From Tubulanus polymorphus (lineage: Eukaryota; Animalia; Nemertea), in contig NC_134030.1 of the NCBI RefSeq assembly GCF_964204645.1, forward strand, positions 16,864,110-16,928,109: a DNA stretch of 64,000 bases, read 5' to 3'. Shown here in pieces: positions 50,723 to 64,000 of this stretch. The notes under the pieces are model-generated. The model did no database searches. It was not told the DNA's origin and worked only from the letters and a program-made list of their open reading frames with translations. How positions within the stretch are numbered: position 1 is the stretch's first letter; every line of letters begins with the position of its first letter. Position numbers and translations under genes: made by a program.

Positions 50723-51267
50723 GTTTTGGACACCTCACTACGGTCAATACCCACTCTACGAAACCTGGCCACCTTACTACGGTCAATACCCACTCTACGA
50801 AACCTGGCCTTTTGACTTATGCATCCCTGGCTGTCCTGCTTCTGTGGATTAGAACTTTTTCTGCTGGCCTCCTACTATTACTTTTTCAGCGCTACTGGAA
50901 TCATCATACATCATAGACCATCACTTGTATATAGACCATCATTTGTATCAAGACCGCAAGTACCGACACGTGAGTAGGTGTGGGGATGGCGGGGCCAACA
51001 CTGGATATCGGTAAATGGCCAGCCATCTACCCTGCAGCGGTGAACCCGAGTCTACCTCGTGCTTCAGGAATCGATTCAGTAGAAGTGTTAATAATCATTT
51101 AAACTCATATGGACACCGTGCTATAACATCGCGTGTTATCTCTTGTGAACATTTTCGATGGAAACCCTGCGCGTTGGACTTACATGTTATCATGTTGGAC
51201 TTATAGTATTGCAAAAGTTATCTTTGGTACTGATCCGTGTTTCAGTACGCATTTTTAGGAGGAGTGG

Positions 51268-51497
51268 TGTAACGGTGTGACTGCGACGTAATTATATTGT
51301 AATATAGTGTATTTGTATTTGTATTTGTAATAATAAATGTTAACGATAGGTGGCGTATCTGTCGCTCTCTTGAAAAGAAGTCCTGACGAGTTGTGTGTGC
51401 TTCTATTGTCCCGGCTCAAGACTCTGATTGTCCCCTATAACAGCGGCGATTAACCCCGATATACCCATAAGAATACCCCAAGACGACAATTGTTACA
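51268..51497 (+). repeat. Gypsy 3' LTR (230 bp) preceded by a polypurine tract
   Basis: AGGAGGAGTGG then TGTAAC...GTTACA; internal AATAAA. Confidence 0.8.
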
Positions 51498-51763
51498 AAA
51501 AATTTATTTTTGTACACTTCAAAAATAAACTTGTATATCCCTAGAATGCTTCAATAACATTATAATTTGTACATGTATGAACTTAATTAAATTTTGTGTG
51601 AGTTTGGTTGCCAGAAATTGAAGTATGCTGAAGCAGCATTGATGTGAAAACTGAAAATGAAAATTCCGTTGACACCTATGTCACACCTGCACCATTTTTG
51701 CATTCATATTTTGTAGTTTGTAAACACTATAAATGCTCTTTTATATCATTTTATGTAAGAATA

Positions 51764-52482
51764 CAGTAAACTCTGCCTAAGTCGGATCCGGCCGAGTCGT
51801 ATAACCGTATACCACCTGTAGTCGTATCAACTCGGTGCAATATTTAAAAGAAAATTCAGTTTCCTATAAAAAGTGATGCTTTCGTTTTCAACTAAGCCGT
51901 AGCCGGTCAAGTCGGATAATCGCTTTTCTCGTAGCACTGGCTTTTCGTTTTCGTTACTTACTGCGCCTAACTCTCATATACTGAACGACCATTGGTATAA
52001 CCAGTATTATTTAACCCCCAGTGAATTCTGACAATTTATGACCGGACCAATAATGCTCATAGGGCTGGCGTCGATGGTTGCAAACAGTAATAAATGAATT
52101 CAGCGGGAGGGTTCGAATCCCGGATAAATGACGCTGACAGCAGAGCAACTGCTGGCATGCAAACACCCGGCATGTGAATGCTGACGAGGGGGTTCCCCGT
52201 CTACAGATTGAGATAGGGCCAATCGATCGTACATCAGACAGATGATACAAGCCGCAAACCACCAAAAACTGAGGTTACTTATTCAAATAGTACACTTGAT
52301 TATTGGTTACGTTTTTTTCTGCATATAACAGTTTTTACAGTGAATAAACCGTATATCAGCAACCGTAGTCCTTAAAAAATTAGTTCCAAAATATTAAAAA
52401 GAATTTGCCTTCCAAGTCGGATTCCCGCTATGTCGGACGAAATCATCGGGAACAAATTGATCCGACTTAGCGGAGTTCACTG
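51764..52482. mobile_element. Tc1/pogo-type MITE (TA TSD)
   Basis: TA-CAGTAAACTCTGCCTAAGTCGGATC...GATCCGACTTAGCGGAGTTCACTG-TA; a related end starts at ~63851. Confidence 0.75.
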
Positions 52483-52907
52483 TATAGCTTTGTCAATATA
52501 TCATGGGCATATCCTGTCAATAATGCAAAATAAGAAATATTTTATTCGAAAAATCTGCTTCCGTTAACAGTTGTCACACCTGCAATACATGTCACACCTG
52601 CAACAATACTCTTACAAAAATGGCTTCATATTCATTCATGAAAAATTAAAGCTCCTCATATTTTTCTCAAACCTTTTATGCTTCTAAAAGCCCCAATTCT
52701 GATATTAGTAACTTGATGGAATCTTTTTGATACAATTTTCGGTTCAAGTATAAAATATGATGATAAACTCCCTCATTGCGGAAGCTTGAGATAAAATGAA
52801 TGAGTGATTCGGTTCATAATTCTGTATTTTAATTATAACATCGGCAATCCCGACATTCCGACACTCCCGACATACCGGCAATCCGACATACCGAAAATTT
52901 GACATAC

Positions 52908-53203
52908 TACGATCCCAGCACCTCTCTATAGGGGATTATTAGGTACCAAACACCCCACGATCCCTGCACCTCTATACAGGTGAATATTAGGAACCAAACA
53001 CCCCACGATCCCAGCACCTCTTTTCAGGGGAATATTAGGAATCAAACGCCTCACGATCCCAGCATCTCTGTACAGAGGAATACAAGGAACCAAACACCCC
53101 ACGATCCCTGCACTTCTGTACAGAGGAATATTAGGAACCAAACACCCTACGATCCCAGCACCTCTGTACTGGGGAATATTAAAAACCAATGCCCCCACGA
53201 TCT
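52908..53203. repeat. 48-bp minisatellite (~6 copies)
   Basis: ACGATCCCAGCACCTCT.TACAG.GGAATATTAGGAACCAAACACCCC unit. Confidence 0.9.
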
Positions 53204-55716
53204 TTGTGAATCCTCAAACCGAGACAGTGCTCCAAAGAAACTTGACTCGACGCTCGAATGAGATCAATGCCTATTTATTTCTTGTCTTTAAACACGATAA
53301 ACTGAAAGATACAAACAGTATGTTTACATTCTCAGTTATAGATACAACTAGCGGTGCTGCCATCGTTTAGCAAGTGTGCAAACTAAAAATTCAACAGATA
53401 TACACTAAGCATCTTAAATCTTTCTTATGAATAAAGCTAATGCAGGGGTAACAACAATAAGTGTTGCACCTGAATGGAGAAGCATTACAGATAAAGTAAA
53501 ATGAACAAAGATTAAAACTAGATTACACGAGGAAAGGGCCAAAATGGCGCCAAATATGAACCAAGGAATATATCTATATTTAGGCGAGAACTACAAAATG
53601 ATATCTTACTCATAAGAATAACGAGTATGTAAAATAATTGCTTACAGAAACATTCGACCACATATAAAATCACGGGTCTCGGAGAGAAAAACACGAGGGA
53701 AAGAAAACTCAACCAGTCTTCACTGGACCAGTTACACGCTCTAAGACGTGGCAAGAAAAGCGAGTTAATTATCGCCGAAAACCAACAAATTCCAAACCGA
53801 CATAACATACCATACCCCCAATAGGGCAGGGCCCTATTAACACCAACGAATGGTCAAATGCTTAGGTTTACATTAAAAAGAACAAACCAACCTCACATGA
53901 GCCTATAATCATACAGTTACGGTGCTTGACTTGTTATAGTATCTAATATCATAATTCAAGAAACCTGAATTCGCGACTTGACCATCATTATGAAATTGTT
54001 TATAGATCTCACTTTGATTTTAACTCACTAGTCTATACATATAAATGCGTAAGTACATAAGACAACACACGTGCCTTAAAAATGCGGGTTAATTTAATGG
54101 CAAAATATACAGTCCTTATACTGCTCAGAAATTCGCGTTAAACTTTACGGGATAATTAAGCCTCCGATTCCAATATTATGCACAATTTATCCACTGGTCT
54201 ACGGAATTCGCCTACCGATGTTTTTACTGTAACAGCTCTGACGTATCCGTTTAAATCGCACTCGACGCTTTTCACAATTCCACGAACCCAAGAGCTCCTG
54301 ATATTAGAGTCCATAATAAGAACGATATCGCCTACGGTCACATTTCTGCGAGAACGGTGCCACTTTGAGCGCACTTGTAAAAAACGCATATATTCGTCCG
54401 ACCACCGCTTCCAGAATTGAGTGGCCAAGTATTGCACTTGTAGCCATCGGCGTTTGATGTAACTGTCCTTACTGTCGAAAGTTCCAGTTGGAAAGTCGGA
54501 TTTTGGTTCAATATGTAATGCGTGATTCGGGGTTAGCGGCTTTGGGTCGTCGTTGTCAAACTCATATAGAGGCGGTTATTAATAACCATTTCCGCTTCGC
54601 ACAGAACGGTATAGAACAGCTCGTCGCTCAGAGACTGTTGACGCAATAAGTGAAACAGGATTTTACGCACCGTCCTAATTATGCGCTCCCGAATACCTCC
54701 GAAGTGAGAGCCTAAAGGGTTAAAGCCGGAACTATTGCCCTTTTGAGGCGTCCACCAACTCGGATAACGCCGTCTTTAATGCAAGGGTCTAACACATACA
54801 GAGGGCTATTCTTAGAAACTCTGCCGATTCCATCGGTACTCATAGCGGTTAACTACTTGTCGAAGCTAGTCTTCTACACGTGTTTCACAATACGTTCCTC
54901 TGCTTGTTCAAGCATGCCGGTCGTAAGATGAATTTTAGAATCGTCAGATCGAGCATTACGTCCAATTCTCCCGCGTAGTCGTCTCACGCATTGGATTAGC
55001 CATGATACGCTTCTCTTGACTTTCCACCAACATGAATAGTGGTTAATCAACTCCTCTAACGGGTGTTGAGGGCTGTCGACTAAACTTGTGGCCATAGCGG
55101 GGGCTTTCTTGACTTCGACATCGTCTTCCCTTATCTCGCGATCTATATTCCCGCTCGGCCAACCTACTTCGGGTACGTGTAGAAAGGCTGGACCGTGAAA
55201 CCATGTCTGATTAACTACGGTAGATTTCTTAGGGTTTACGCCTCTCGATGCATAATCGGTGGGATTTAGTTTAGTGGCCACGTATCACCACTGATCAACT
55301 CTGCTTCCTTCGCGGATAACGTTAACCCGATTCGCTATGAACGTTTGATACCTCGCCGTTTCGTTGGCGATGTAACGCAGCACACTTTTACTATCGGTTC
55401 ATAAAACAACATCATTTACTGGAAATTCGACCTGTTTCAATAGCATCTTGTTCAAACGCGCAGCCATCGCCGCTGCGGTCAATTCCATCCTAGGGATTGT
55501 GACCTTTTTCAGAGGCGCCACCCTGGATTTGGACATAACTAGTTGACAGGCCACTCGATTGTTGACTTGTCTACTGTTCTCAGGTAACAGACTACACCGT
55601 AACCTGTTTCACTCGCATCTGCGAAGTAGTGTGATAGGGAAAATGTAGAATTCACAACTTAGGCTATTTCGCCGCGACGTGGACACGTATTGTCCACAAA
55701 CAATTGAAATAGCAAA

Positions 55717-57181
55717 TGGCGACACTCGAATGTGGTTCATTATCAGCGTAGGCGTCCTATTCATCTATATAATCCCTTTTGTAAGAGATGACCTGTCGAT
55801 GATTTATTGGTGTCATGAAAACAATGAACAAAATTAAAAAAATGAAATCAATCGTTGAAATAGAATGAGGGGAGAATCATCTGTATCATTATTCTGATGA
55901 TGGTGCAAACCAAATAACGAGAAAGGGAGTTCTTACTCCAGGCTCATGGGCGTCATGGGCAGAGTGTACTACTGATGCTGGTGTTTATATGCAAAATCAC
56001 CTAGAAAGAGATGAGCCTGCGAGGTTGATATACGAGAATGTTACGGAGGGGAAAAAACGTCTATCATATTTCATTCATCGAGTTATGAGGAGGTAGGTTT
56101 TCAAGGCTAACAAGGAAAATAAAAATTTCCAATAATATTAGGAGATCAAACTTAACTCCTGCCCAAACCACATGGGGGATGCTCAGACCCAGCCCGATGT
56201 AGCCAAAATATGATATAAACAGGCTCAAAAAAGTACATAACATGTAACGATTGTATTTAAGACTGAAACCCATTATTTCAAGTAATTCTTCCATTATACA
56301 GCATTTGAGGTAGCAATGAAAAGCATAATATAATTATTTTGAAAATCCCAGGTCCAATGGGCCGCATATTTTTTTTTTAAATTATGGAATATATACTAAT
56401 CAATTTTATTTTTCAGGATGATAGCAACGTCAACATTTGGAGGGATAATATAATTATTTTGAAAATCCCAGGTCCAATGGGCCGCATATTTTTTTTTTAA
56501 ATTATGGAATATATACTAATCAATTTTATTTTTCAGGATGATAGCAACGTCAACATTTGGAGGGAGGACAAGGTATACGACTGAACGAAATCGGTGAAGA
56601 GCGTCAACTGAATCATCCACCAGCCGACGTTGCGCAGCGGGCAGTGGGATGGTCCCCAGTAAATGTAGGTCAACCACCACAAGTAACCATGGTACAGCCT
56701 CCAGTAGATGAGGGCCAACCACCTCAAGAAGCCATGGTACAGCCTCCAGCAGATGAAGGCCAACCACCCCAAGAAGCCGTGGTACAGCCCCCAGTAGATG
56801 AGGGCCAACCACCCCAAGAAGCCATGGTACAGCCTCCAGCAGATGAAGGCCAACCACCCCAAGAAGCCGTGGTACAGCCTCCAGCGCGTCAGCAGCATGG
56901 AGAACAGCATCAGGAAGTTCCCAGGGAACCTATCGTTCGTGGAGCATATCCTCCGTTTATCCACGATATACTAGGGCCGAATAGACCGCCAGGCGTTCAG
57001 AGAGACCCCTGGGAGCAATAGTCAGGCGTGGTTGGGAAAGCTGGCATACTGTACGTCGGTGTTGTTACCTCCACTCATTCAGGAAATCACTCGGAGTAGT
57101 CAAGCCTTCCGGGAGCATATAGTGGCTATGAATAGCGGACATAACAATCATAAGAACGATGAAAATAACAACAACAATTAG
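55717..57181 (+). pseudogene. Harbinger accessory gene relic with Pro/Gln-rich 45-bp coding repeats
   Basis: (VQPPxDEGQPPQEAx)n at ~56670-56885; splice acceptor TTTTCAG duplicated within a 120-bp tandem duplication (~56325-56565). Confidence 0.45.
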
Positions 57182-57349
57182 ACGCCGTTGTAGTGGTTGA
57201 AATCACAATATCCATCAAATTACCATGGATGAACTGTCTCAGTTACTTTATTTTTTTTTGTATTTTATACGTACAGTGTATATTAGTTTTAGTTTTGTTA
57301 TTTTATTCAATGATGCTGAAAATTAAGATTAGCCAACAATATCATCGAT

Positions 57350-58160
57350 TGCTTCTAAATTCGTGAAATACACATACATCTAGTAAAGCAAAACTATCGT
57401 AATTGTTCAAAATACATTCGAGCGTGTCTTTGGGCCAAAAATGCGCAAACATCAGCTACAGTTGGAAACATATCGATTTCATGACGGTATAGGATGCCAA
57501 CTACCCGGTACGTTTTGAATATTCTGATTATGTGCTCGACAAAAACGTTTTCGATTAAGTTCTCTATCGAAAAGTCTCATTTCAGGACGAGAATCCGGAT
57601 CCACAGCTCTTATTGTAGGTTCCCTGAATGGGGTAATCTGGGGATACCTATTTCCGTAACCTTTATCCGCCATTAAGTTGCATTCTGCCGGGAAATTTAA
57701 ATCCATTCCAGGACCAATATTGGGGATTTGAAGAATTTGTCCCGCGTCATTCATACGACCGAAAAAACCGTACTGGATGAACCGTACTATCCGTTTGTTA
57801 TCAATAATGATTTGAGTACTTAAGCAATGATATTTATGGTGACCACTATAAAAGTTCCTCTGATCATTCTCGGGTCGTTGAATTTCATGTACAGTGCCGT
57901 CTATAGCACCAACAACACATAGTAAAATGTGTATGTCCCCATCATTTGTCTCCATTCATCATCTTCGGGCCAGCGAATTGACTGGCTACAATAATTCCAA
58001 AAAACTATTAGCATTTCATTTATAACAGAGTTCACGATGGTTTCTTCAATATCAAATATAACTGCCAGGACATAGTAAGGTTGATACGTCTTTAACCAGC
58101 ACAGAAATAATAATATCCGGTTATTAATATCCAGTTTATGATTTCGTCCAGAGCCGTGAT
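57350..58160 (-). pseudogene. Harbinger (HARBI1-like DDE_Tnp_4) transposase
   Basis: GAIDGT, FYSGHHKYH, GRMNDA, ADKGY, R..VEH motifs; preceding HTH region NRILLFLCWLK; frameshifts. Confidence 0.88.
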
Positions 58161-61100
58161 TGCGTGGAGTCCGGATCTGCTCCAGGTTGGAAACACCCTC
58201 GAACCACGATTTAAAACGCTTCCGATACAAGTCGCAAATTTCTTCGTCCTATCCGACGTTAGATTTGCACAGTTCTTGTAGTAAGATCTTCGCAGGCAGT
58301 ATGAATGGTGATGCTAACCCTACCGGGTTGTACACTGCGCTCACGACAGACAGAATTCCTCGACGTGTTACAGGTTTGTTATCGTCAAGATTTATTTTGA
58401 AAGTCAGTTCATTATACTCTGCATCCCATATGACGCCTAACGCGCGATCCGTGGGAAGACAGCCGTCAAGGTCGAGACTTACAATCGATGGCCATTCTTG
58501 AGCCGGGGAGACCTTCATAACCTCGCGGCTACTGCTAAGAATTTTGTGGAGATGAAACCGCCATCGGAACACGTTTTAACGGTAGCGCGAAATAGATCCA
58601 CTGCCTCGTCGACGGTATAGTACGAGCGCAAATGGTCATCCACGTAGAATGACCGTGTGATGGCACTTACTTCGTCTGCATTCTTGATCTCGCCCCATCG
58701 TTGCACCGCTGTACGCAGCGCTAAGTTAGCGCAACACGGAGACGACGTACCGCCGAACAGATGCACGACCATTCGGTAGCATTGTGGCTTGTTATCGAGG
58801 TTGTCGCCTTCCCACCACAGGGATCTAAGATAGTCCGTATGGTTCTTTGCGACGCGTACCTGATGAAACATTGATTCTATGTCGGCTGATACGGCCACTG
58901 GTTTCTCCCTGAATCTCAAGAGGACGGCAACAAGGTTAAGGTTATTCGTTAAGTCGGGACCCTGCAACAGGGCATCGTTGAGTGATACGCCGTTGTATTT
59001 AGCCGCACAATCGAAAACTACGCGTAATTTAGCCTTCTTAGGATGATACACCCCGTGATGCGGTATGTACCAAACTTCGGAGGTCTTATGAAGATCTGCT
59101 TCGGGGACTAACTCGGCATACCCTTTACTGATGACGTCGTTCATACACGCTACGTACTCGGCACGGAGTCGCGAATCTGCCATAAGCCGTTTCCGTAAGT
59201 TCGTCAGGCGAGATTCGGCGGCAGGTCTGTTGCACGGCAACTTAATACTTTCCCTAAAGGGTAGGGATATTTCGTAATGCCCATCTACGAGTTTGATTTG
59301 ACTCCCGACCTTTTCCATAAAGGCTCGATCTTCCTGTGACCACTGTTTTTCATCGTCGATTGTTCTCTCGGTGAAGCCGAAGTTAAAGGTTTCCACGAGA
59401 CGAGATTCGAGGTTCTTCAATTCTTCGTTTTCGGTTAACCACGTTCGGTGAACGACTTTATTCTTAGATTTTTCTCTGACTACATTCCATACGACCCAAC
59501 CCAGTGTGGTAATGGCCGCGTATGGGCTTCCGCTGGGACCAGTCCATATCGCAGTCGGGGTGAACGCGTCGGGAACGTTTGCGCCAATCATCAGGCCAAC
59601 TTCGGTCTTTAATCTGGCAAATGGTCTCAGCGAGTTGAGGTGAGGCCATGACTGTAGCTCTCCTTCTTTGTCCATATCTTCTTCGGTGACGGGGATGCTT
59701 TGTAGTGTGTAAACGGCTGGGAGCTTTACGGAGCCCTCGTCGACCATTTCCAACGGGCGGACTTCCAGCCCAGCGACCTTACATGTTTTAATGAGTTCAC
59801 CGTTGGGTGAATTCACGGTTCCTACATTTATGTTTGACGGTCGTTTCGAAGCTCCCAATTTTTCCGCTAACTTGACACAGCAGATCGAGATGGAGCTGCC
59901 TGGGTCTAAGAAGGCGTATGTTACGACTTCTTTCAGACCGCCTTTGGTGCGCAGTCTGACGGGAACTACGGCCATGGATCCTTGAATTTCTTCCGAATCA
60001 GAGAAATTAGTTGCACCGCTTGGCGTCTACTTTCGTGATAGTAGGCTCGGTGACTTCGCCAGTATTCGAGTATTTACGTTCTTCACCACTAAGAGCCAAC
60101 TTTTCGACATGAAGTACCATTGGGTGTTTCTTTTGGCACGATTCAACTTTGCATGTCGACCGGTGCTGACAATTCTGAGAACGATGACTGGCTCTACAAC
60201 AGCCGTAGCATAGATTCTTTTCTCGGAAGGTTTTTAACCCGTCGTCAATGCTCTGTTTCTGAAGAGCTTTAAAATTTTCCGTCGAGTGAGAGTCTACTAT
60301 GCAGTAGGCGCATTGGTGTCGACGGTTGGTAGTAGTAACCGTAGCTCCAGTCGTAATCGGGTTTCTAATCGGTTTCTTCTCGAAACGCGGGTATACGGCT
60401 GCGATAGCCATTTTACCGTAGATCGGATCGTTTGCCTTTCTGACCTCGCGACGCACGAAGTCCACCAGTTCCACGAACGAAATCGGCCAATACTTCGCCA
60501 TCGTTCTTGAAGATGTAGCGGTAATTTGGCAACAATGCGCTTTATGTTATCTGGGTATTCAAGTATACGTATACTACTCAAATCGTTGATGGTATGCAAG
60601 CACTCCGTGAGGAACATTCCGATTTCGTCTAGTGCCTTAGGTTTATCTGGCCGTACTGCGGGCCAGTCGAGGGCCTTCTGGACGTATTCGCACGCAACAA
60701 TTTCGCCGTCTCCATAGCGAGACTTTAGCTCGTCAATAGCGGCGCGAAAAGCTATATCAGAGTTAAGCATTCCATAGCCGACGACGACCCTATCAGCTTC
60801 GCCAAAGGTGAATTGTTCCAAGAAGTTCATACACTCGGAACTGTCTGAAGAGTTCGCGACGGCTTTGGCGTTAAACTGGCGTACGAATCTTCCGAACTCC
60901 AACGGATCTCCACCGAATCTTCTGACGTCTGCCGGCGGTTTACTGAGGTGTTTCACGATAGCGGCCACCTCAAGTGTTTGGCTTTCGTGCGTGAACACGG
61001 GGGCGGAAATCGATAACTGTTTAACACCGCGATTTACTTTATTATCGACACAGGGATTCTTCGCGGTTGTTTATATCCAATACATTCGAACACTTTTCCA

Positions 61101-61495
61101 GCGACCCTTCCCGACTCTTCGAATCGAGCCTTTCCTTCGAGCAACTTTAGAATGGCTGTGCCGCGCGGAGCGTGCCCGACCGAACGAGCACTCTGATTCA
61201 ACCCTTTCAACTGCCTCCAACTCGGCCTGCGCACAAGCCAGTTCCTTTTCGAGGGAGAGCCGTCGTAATCCTTCTTCTTCGTGGAGTCGCTTTAGCTTTC
61301 TTCTCCGACTCTAAATTTAAGGACTTAAGTTCGACTTCATGTCTAGCAGCCTTTGCTGCTATCCTGCTTCTAAGTTTACTGGACGACTGCGTGGACGCGA
61401 CACTCATGTCATCGACTGCTTTCGATCGTATCTCTGCCGCGCTAGCGAGGGCTTCCAGTCCATCCATCTTACTGTCGGGACTCGGTCCAATGGAG

Positions 61496-61863
61496 TGACT
61501 GGCGGTGGTTATTTATTTAAACATATTGATAAAAATGGATCATTAACAGAACAAAAAAGACATAACTTAGCATTAGAAAAATTCAATAAAGCAGCAGAAG
61601 AATATAGTGAAAAGAGGCAAAACTATATGGATTATATTAACAAGGAATTATATGATCAGAAGATTTCACATAGAGATTTTCAATCAGTTGATGATGCAAT
61701 GAGTTTATATAACGCGGTAACCAATAAAGAAAAATTACATCTATACAAACCTAAATTATCAGATTATTATACCCCAAGTAAAGAACAACAGAAATATGAA
61801 ATAATATGGATTTTAGGTGGAACTGTTATTGTTATATTTGTAGCATATAGATTTACTAATTAG
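61496..61863 (+). pseudogene. 5'-truncated Polinton protein with C-terminal TM helix
   Basis: EQKRHNLALEKF...PKLSDYYTPSKEQQKYEIIWILGGTVIVIFVAY. Confidence 0.55.
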
Positions 61864-61882
61864 TAATTTTTTTGCTAAATAA

Positions 61883-62310
61883 ATGGATGATAATATTGAT
61901 ATTATTCCTCATGATATAAATAAAACTAAATTAAAAACATATTTAGAAAAACAAATATTAGAATTTGAAAGTTACTTAAAGATAAAAAAGAAAAAATTAT
62001 TAAAATCTAAAATTATATATTATTTTATTATCAGTGGTTCGGTTACAATTAGTTCTGTAATAACATTTCTAGCAATATTCAGTCCATTAACACCTTTAGC
62101 TATATCAATTGGTGTATTAGGATTATCATCAAGTGTATTAACTGGTATAAGTTCAAAATTAAATATAAAAAGTAATAAAGATAAAAATTAAAACTAATAT
62201 AAAAGAAATTAATAAATTAAAGAATACACTAGATTATATAATCAGTTTAAATGGTCATATAACAGTTGAAGAAAAAGATAAATTATTAAAAGAATTAATA
62301 AATTATTGAT
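61883..62310 (+). pseudogene. Polinton two-TM small protein (frameshift near 62190)
   Basis: Hydrophobic hairpin IIYYFIISGSVTISSVITFLAIFSPLTPLAISIGVLGLSSSVLTGI. Confidence 0.55.
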
Positions 62311-62325
62311 TTTTTAATTATATAA

Positions 62326-62930
62326 ATGGTAGATAGTTTTCCAAAAGCTTTCCAATATAATAAATCAATTAAATATAATATTCCAGCAATAGATTTTAAT
62401 AAAGATATTTCATATAGAAATGAAGTTTTAAATTCATTAATTGATTTATATATTTATGTTACTGAAACTAATTATTTTAATGTTAAGATGGAAAATATGT
62501 TTCATGTGTATACAATTAATTTTAAAAATTTAAATGAGGCAAATGGTTATTAAAATCTAATATGAAGTATTGGCAGAACCAATTAAATTTTGCTGTTTAT
62601 TGCGCAACAACAGGATGTGGAATTAGTTGGAATGATCATTTAAACAAACCAAGTTTACCATTGATGTTATCACTTTTTAGATTTCATACATATTTTCAAG
62701 TAAAATTAATATTAGATGAATTAGAATGTCCTTTACCAGGTTCAAAATATTTTAAAGAATTGAATAATAATATTAATTTTTCTAAGTTTTATAAAATATG
62801 TAATGAATTTAATATTAATTCAAATAAATATTCAAATAATTAATTCAAAAATTGGAACAATGGGTGGATTAGGAATATTATATACTAAAGAATTTGGAAA
62901 AAAAAGTCCTCCCAAATTACATTCAACTTG
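62326..62930 (+). pseudogene. N-terminal half of a conserved Polinton hypothetical protein
   Basis: YWQNQLNFAVYCATTGCGIS...FRFHTYFQ..IL.EL..PLP; in-frame stops. Confidence 0.55.
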
Positions 62931-63366
62931 AAGAAAAATACAAACTAAAACCATAAACATATATGTACCATACAAACTTTTTTATTTCACAAATTTTTAA
63001 ATTTGAATAAACATTGTTCTGATATAAATCAACTTACACAATTTTGAAATGTGAATATACATGTTCATAGTTCTGATTGACTTAAAAAAATTGGATTACA
63101 ACACGGCCTTACAGCATTTTAATAGTGCATACGGTGCAGATGATGTTAGGTGACATTGAGTACAATATGGTGAATATTACAAGTCATTGATATACAAATA
63201 TGGTGATTGTCAAACGTTTCTCTACAACGATCGGGTTACTAAGATATAAGAAATTATTATGTGTAAAAAGTTAAAAAGCAAACCAAAATGGCCAAATTAG
63301 TTCACCTGTTGCCGAAGTGTGCAGAAAATAGATGTTATCAAATTACCTACCTCCAATTATTATATA

Positions 63367-63476
<110 letters not shown>

Positions 63477-64000
63477 GGTATATATATGCCAATGAGTCCA
63501 CACATTTACAATGGACAAAAATTTTCCACAACTTTAAATGTCCCTATATTCAAATAATTAGCATATTTTTTATGTGAACTAATCGACACCACATTTGTGC
63601 TGTGTAATGATCCCAATAACCTTTATCAAAAATACATCATATACATGTTATATGGAGTATTAGACAAAAACATTAAGTCAAAAAGCAATAAGTGAAAGAG
63701 AAAAAAGCATGTTGCACCCCCACCAAAAATATGTTTTGGTATTAAGTATGCAGTCAGAAAGTCCAGACAGACTTTCAGACTGTATGAACATAAAATACTT
63801 ACTACATTAAAAGCAGTTCAGTGATAGAAGAGTTTCGAAAGTAAATACTACAGTAGACTCAGCCTATGTCGGATCCATATCAGTCTCGGATTCATTTAGC
63901 TCGGATTGAATTTCTGGTCTCTTTGCTTCATATTTCATTCAAAATAGCCTTGCTTATGTCGGAATATGTGATTTCGCTGAAATGAATTGAAGTGGTTTGC

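Larger units (their letters stand above)
45740..51497 (+). mobile_element. Ty3/Gypsy LTR retrotransposon, 5'-truncated: pol, extra ORF, PPT and 3' LTR
   Basis: RT (SPWASPIVL, YLDD), RNase H (DAS, ELL-like EMLAL, TDH), integrase (HSDRGANFES, YHPMGNGQVE, GPF region); PPT and TGTAAC...GTTACA LTR. Confidence 0.9.
55638..58160. mobile_element. PIF/Harbinger transposon nested in BEL/Pao; one end deleted
   Basis: BEL frame breaks after IRTPR (~58162) and resumes at HYFADAS (~55633); GGG terminus at 55637-55639; convergent two-gene layout. Confidence 0.8.
54156..61495 (-). mobile_element. BEL/Pao LTR retrotransposon (gag-protease-RT-RNaseH-integrase), degraded, with internal deletions
   Basis: RFGGDPLEF gag, CYGC..H...C zinc knuckles, AFLDPGS protease, WYIPHH...LRVVFD, FYVDD, FADAS, NPTDYASRG, QFWKRWSDEY C-terminus. 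Confidence 0.93.
61496..62930 (+). mobile_element. Second Polinton-like internal fragment (three genes)
   Basis: Abrupt shift to AT-rich, gene-dense sequence; the same AATTTTTTT-N5-ATAAATGG start motif at 61865 and 62308; no TIRs seen. Confidence 0.75.

Noticed and set aside
52105-52125. tRNA gene (GGTTCGAATCCC)
   Set aside because: Only a B-box-like motif; no cloverleaf could be folded by eye (same for ~20969, ~40018 and ~50477)
52908-53203. CRISPR-like 48-bp periodicity and repeat ORFs on both strands
   Set aside because: The whole unit is conserved (minisatellite); ORFs arise because the unit length is a multiple of 3
53205-53810. 3' LTR of the BEL/Pao element
   Set aside because: Plausible position, but no second LTR for comparison and no convincing termini
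57901-58230. 109-aa ORF as a single gene
   Set aside because: Deletion junction fusing BEL pol to the Harbinger transposase
61339-61863. 174-aa ORF as a single gene
   Set aside because: Chimeric: the 5' third is antisense BEL gag, and only the part after ~61496 is Polinton-like

Overview
AT-rich eukaryotic DNA, probably from an invertebrate animal (inferred from spliceosomal introns and the transposon families present). It consists almost entirely of nested, partly decayed mobile elements, and I recognise no intact host gene. The centrepiece is a Polinton/Maverick-type endogenous virus with both ends intact (6020-19497, AGTAATT...AATTACT termini, 6-bp TSD CATGGA), inserted into a Gypsy gag gene. 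It has three unusual features: (i) a LAGLIDADG homing-endonuclease intein in catalytic motif C of its protein-primed PolB; (ii) a gene resembling poxvirus late transcription factor VLTF3/A2; (iii) a fixed-spacing AATTTTTTT-N5-ATAAATGG motif at gene starts that resembles poxvirus late promoters. Together these suggest a virophage-like element that depends on a poxvirus-like helper. Other elements: a Kolobok transposon (THAP transposase plus KolX), an IS3EU-type transposon carrying a HECT E3 ligase-like gene, a Gypsy element with an SGNH-hydrolase ORF in the env position, a BEL/Pao element interrupted by a Harbinger, a second Polinton fragment, a Penelope-like relic with a hammerhead core, hAT/Tc1/DUF6589 transposase relics, several MITEs and minisatellites. 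All protein family calls are by-eye motif recognition, not database searches.
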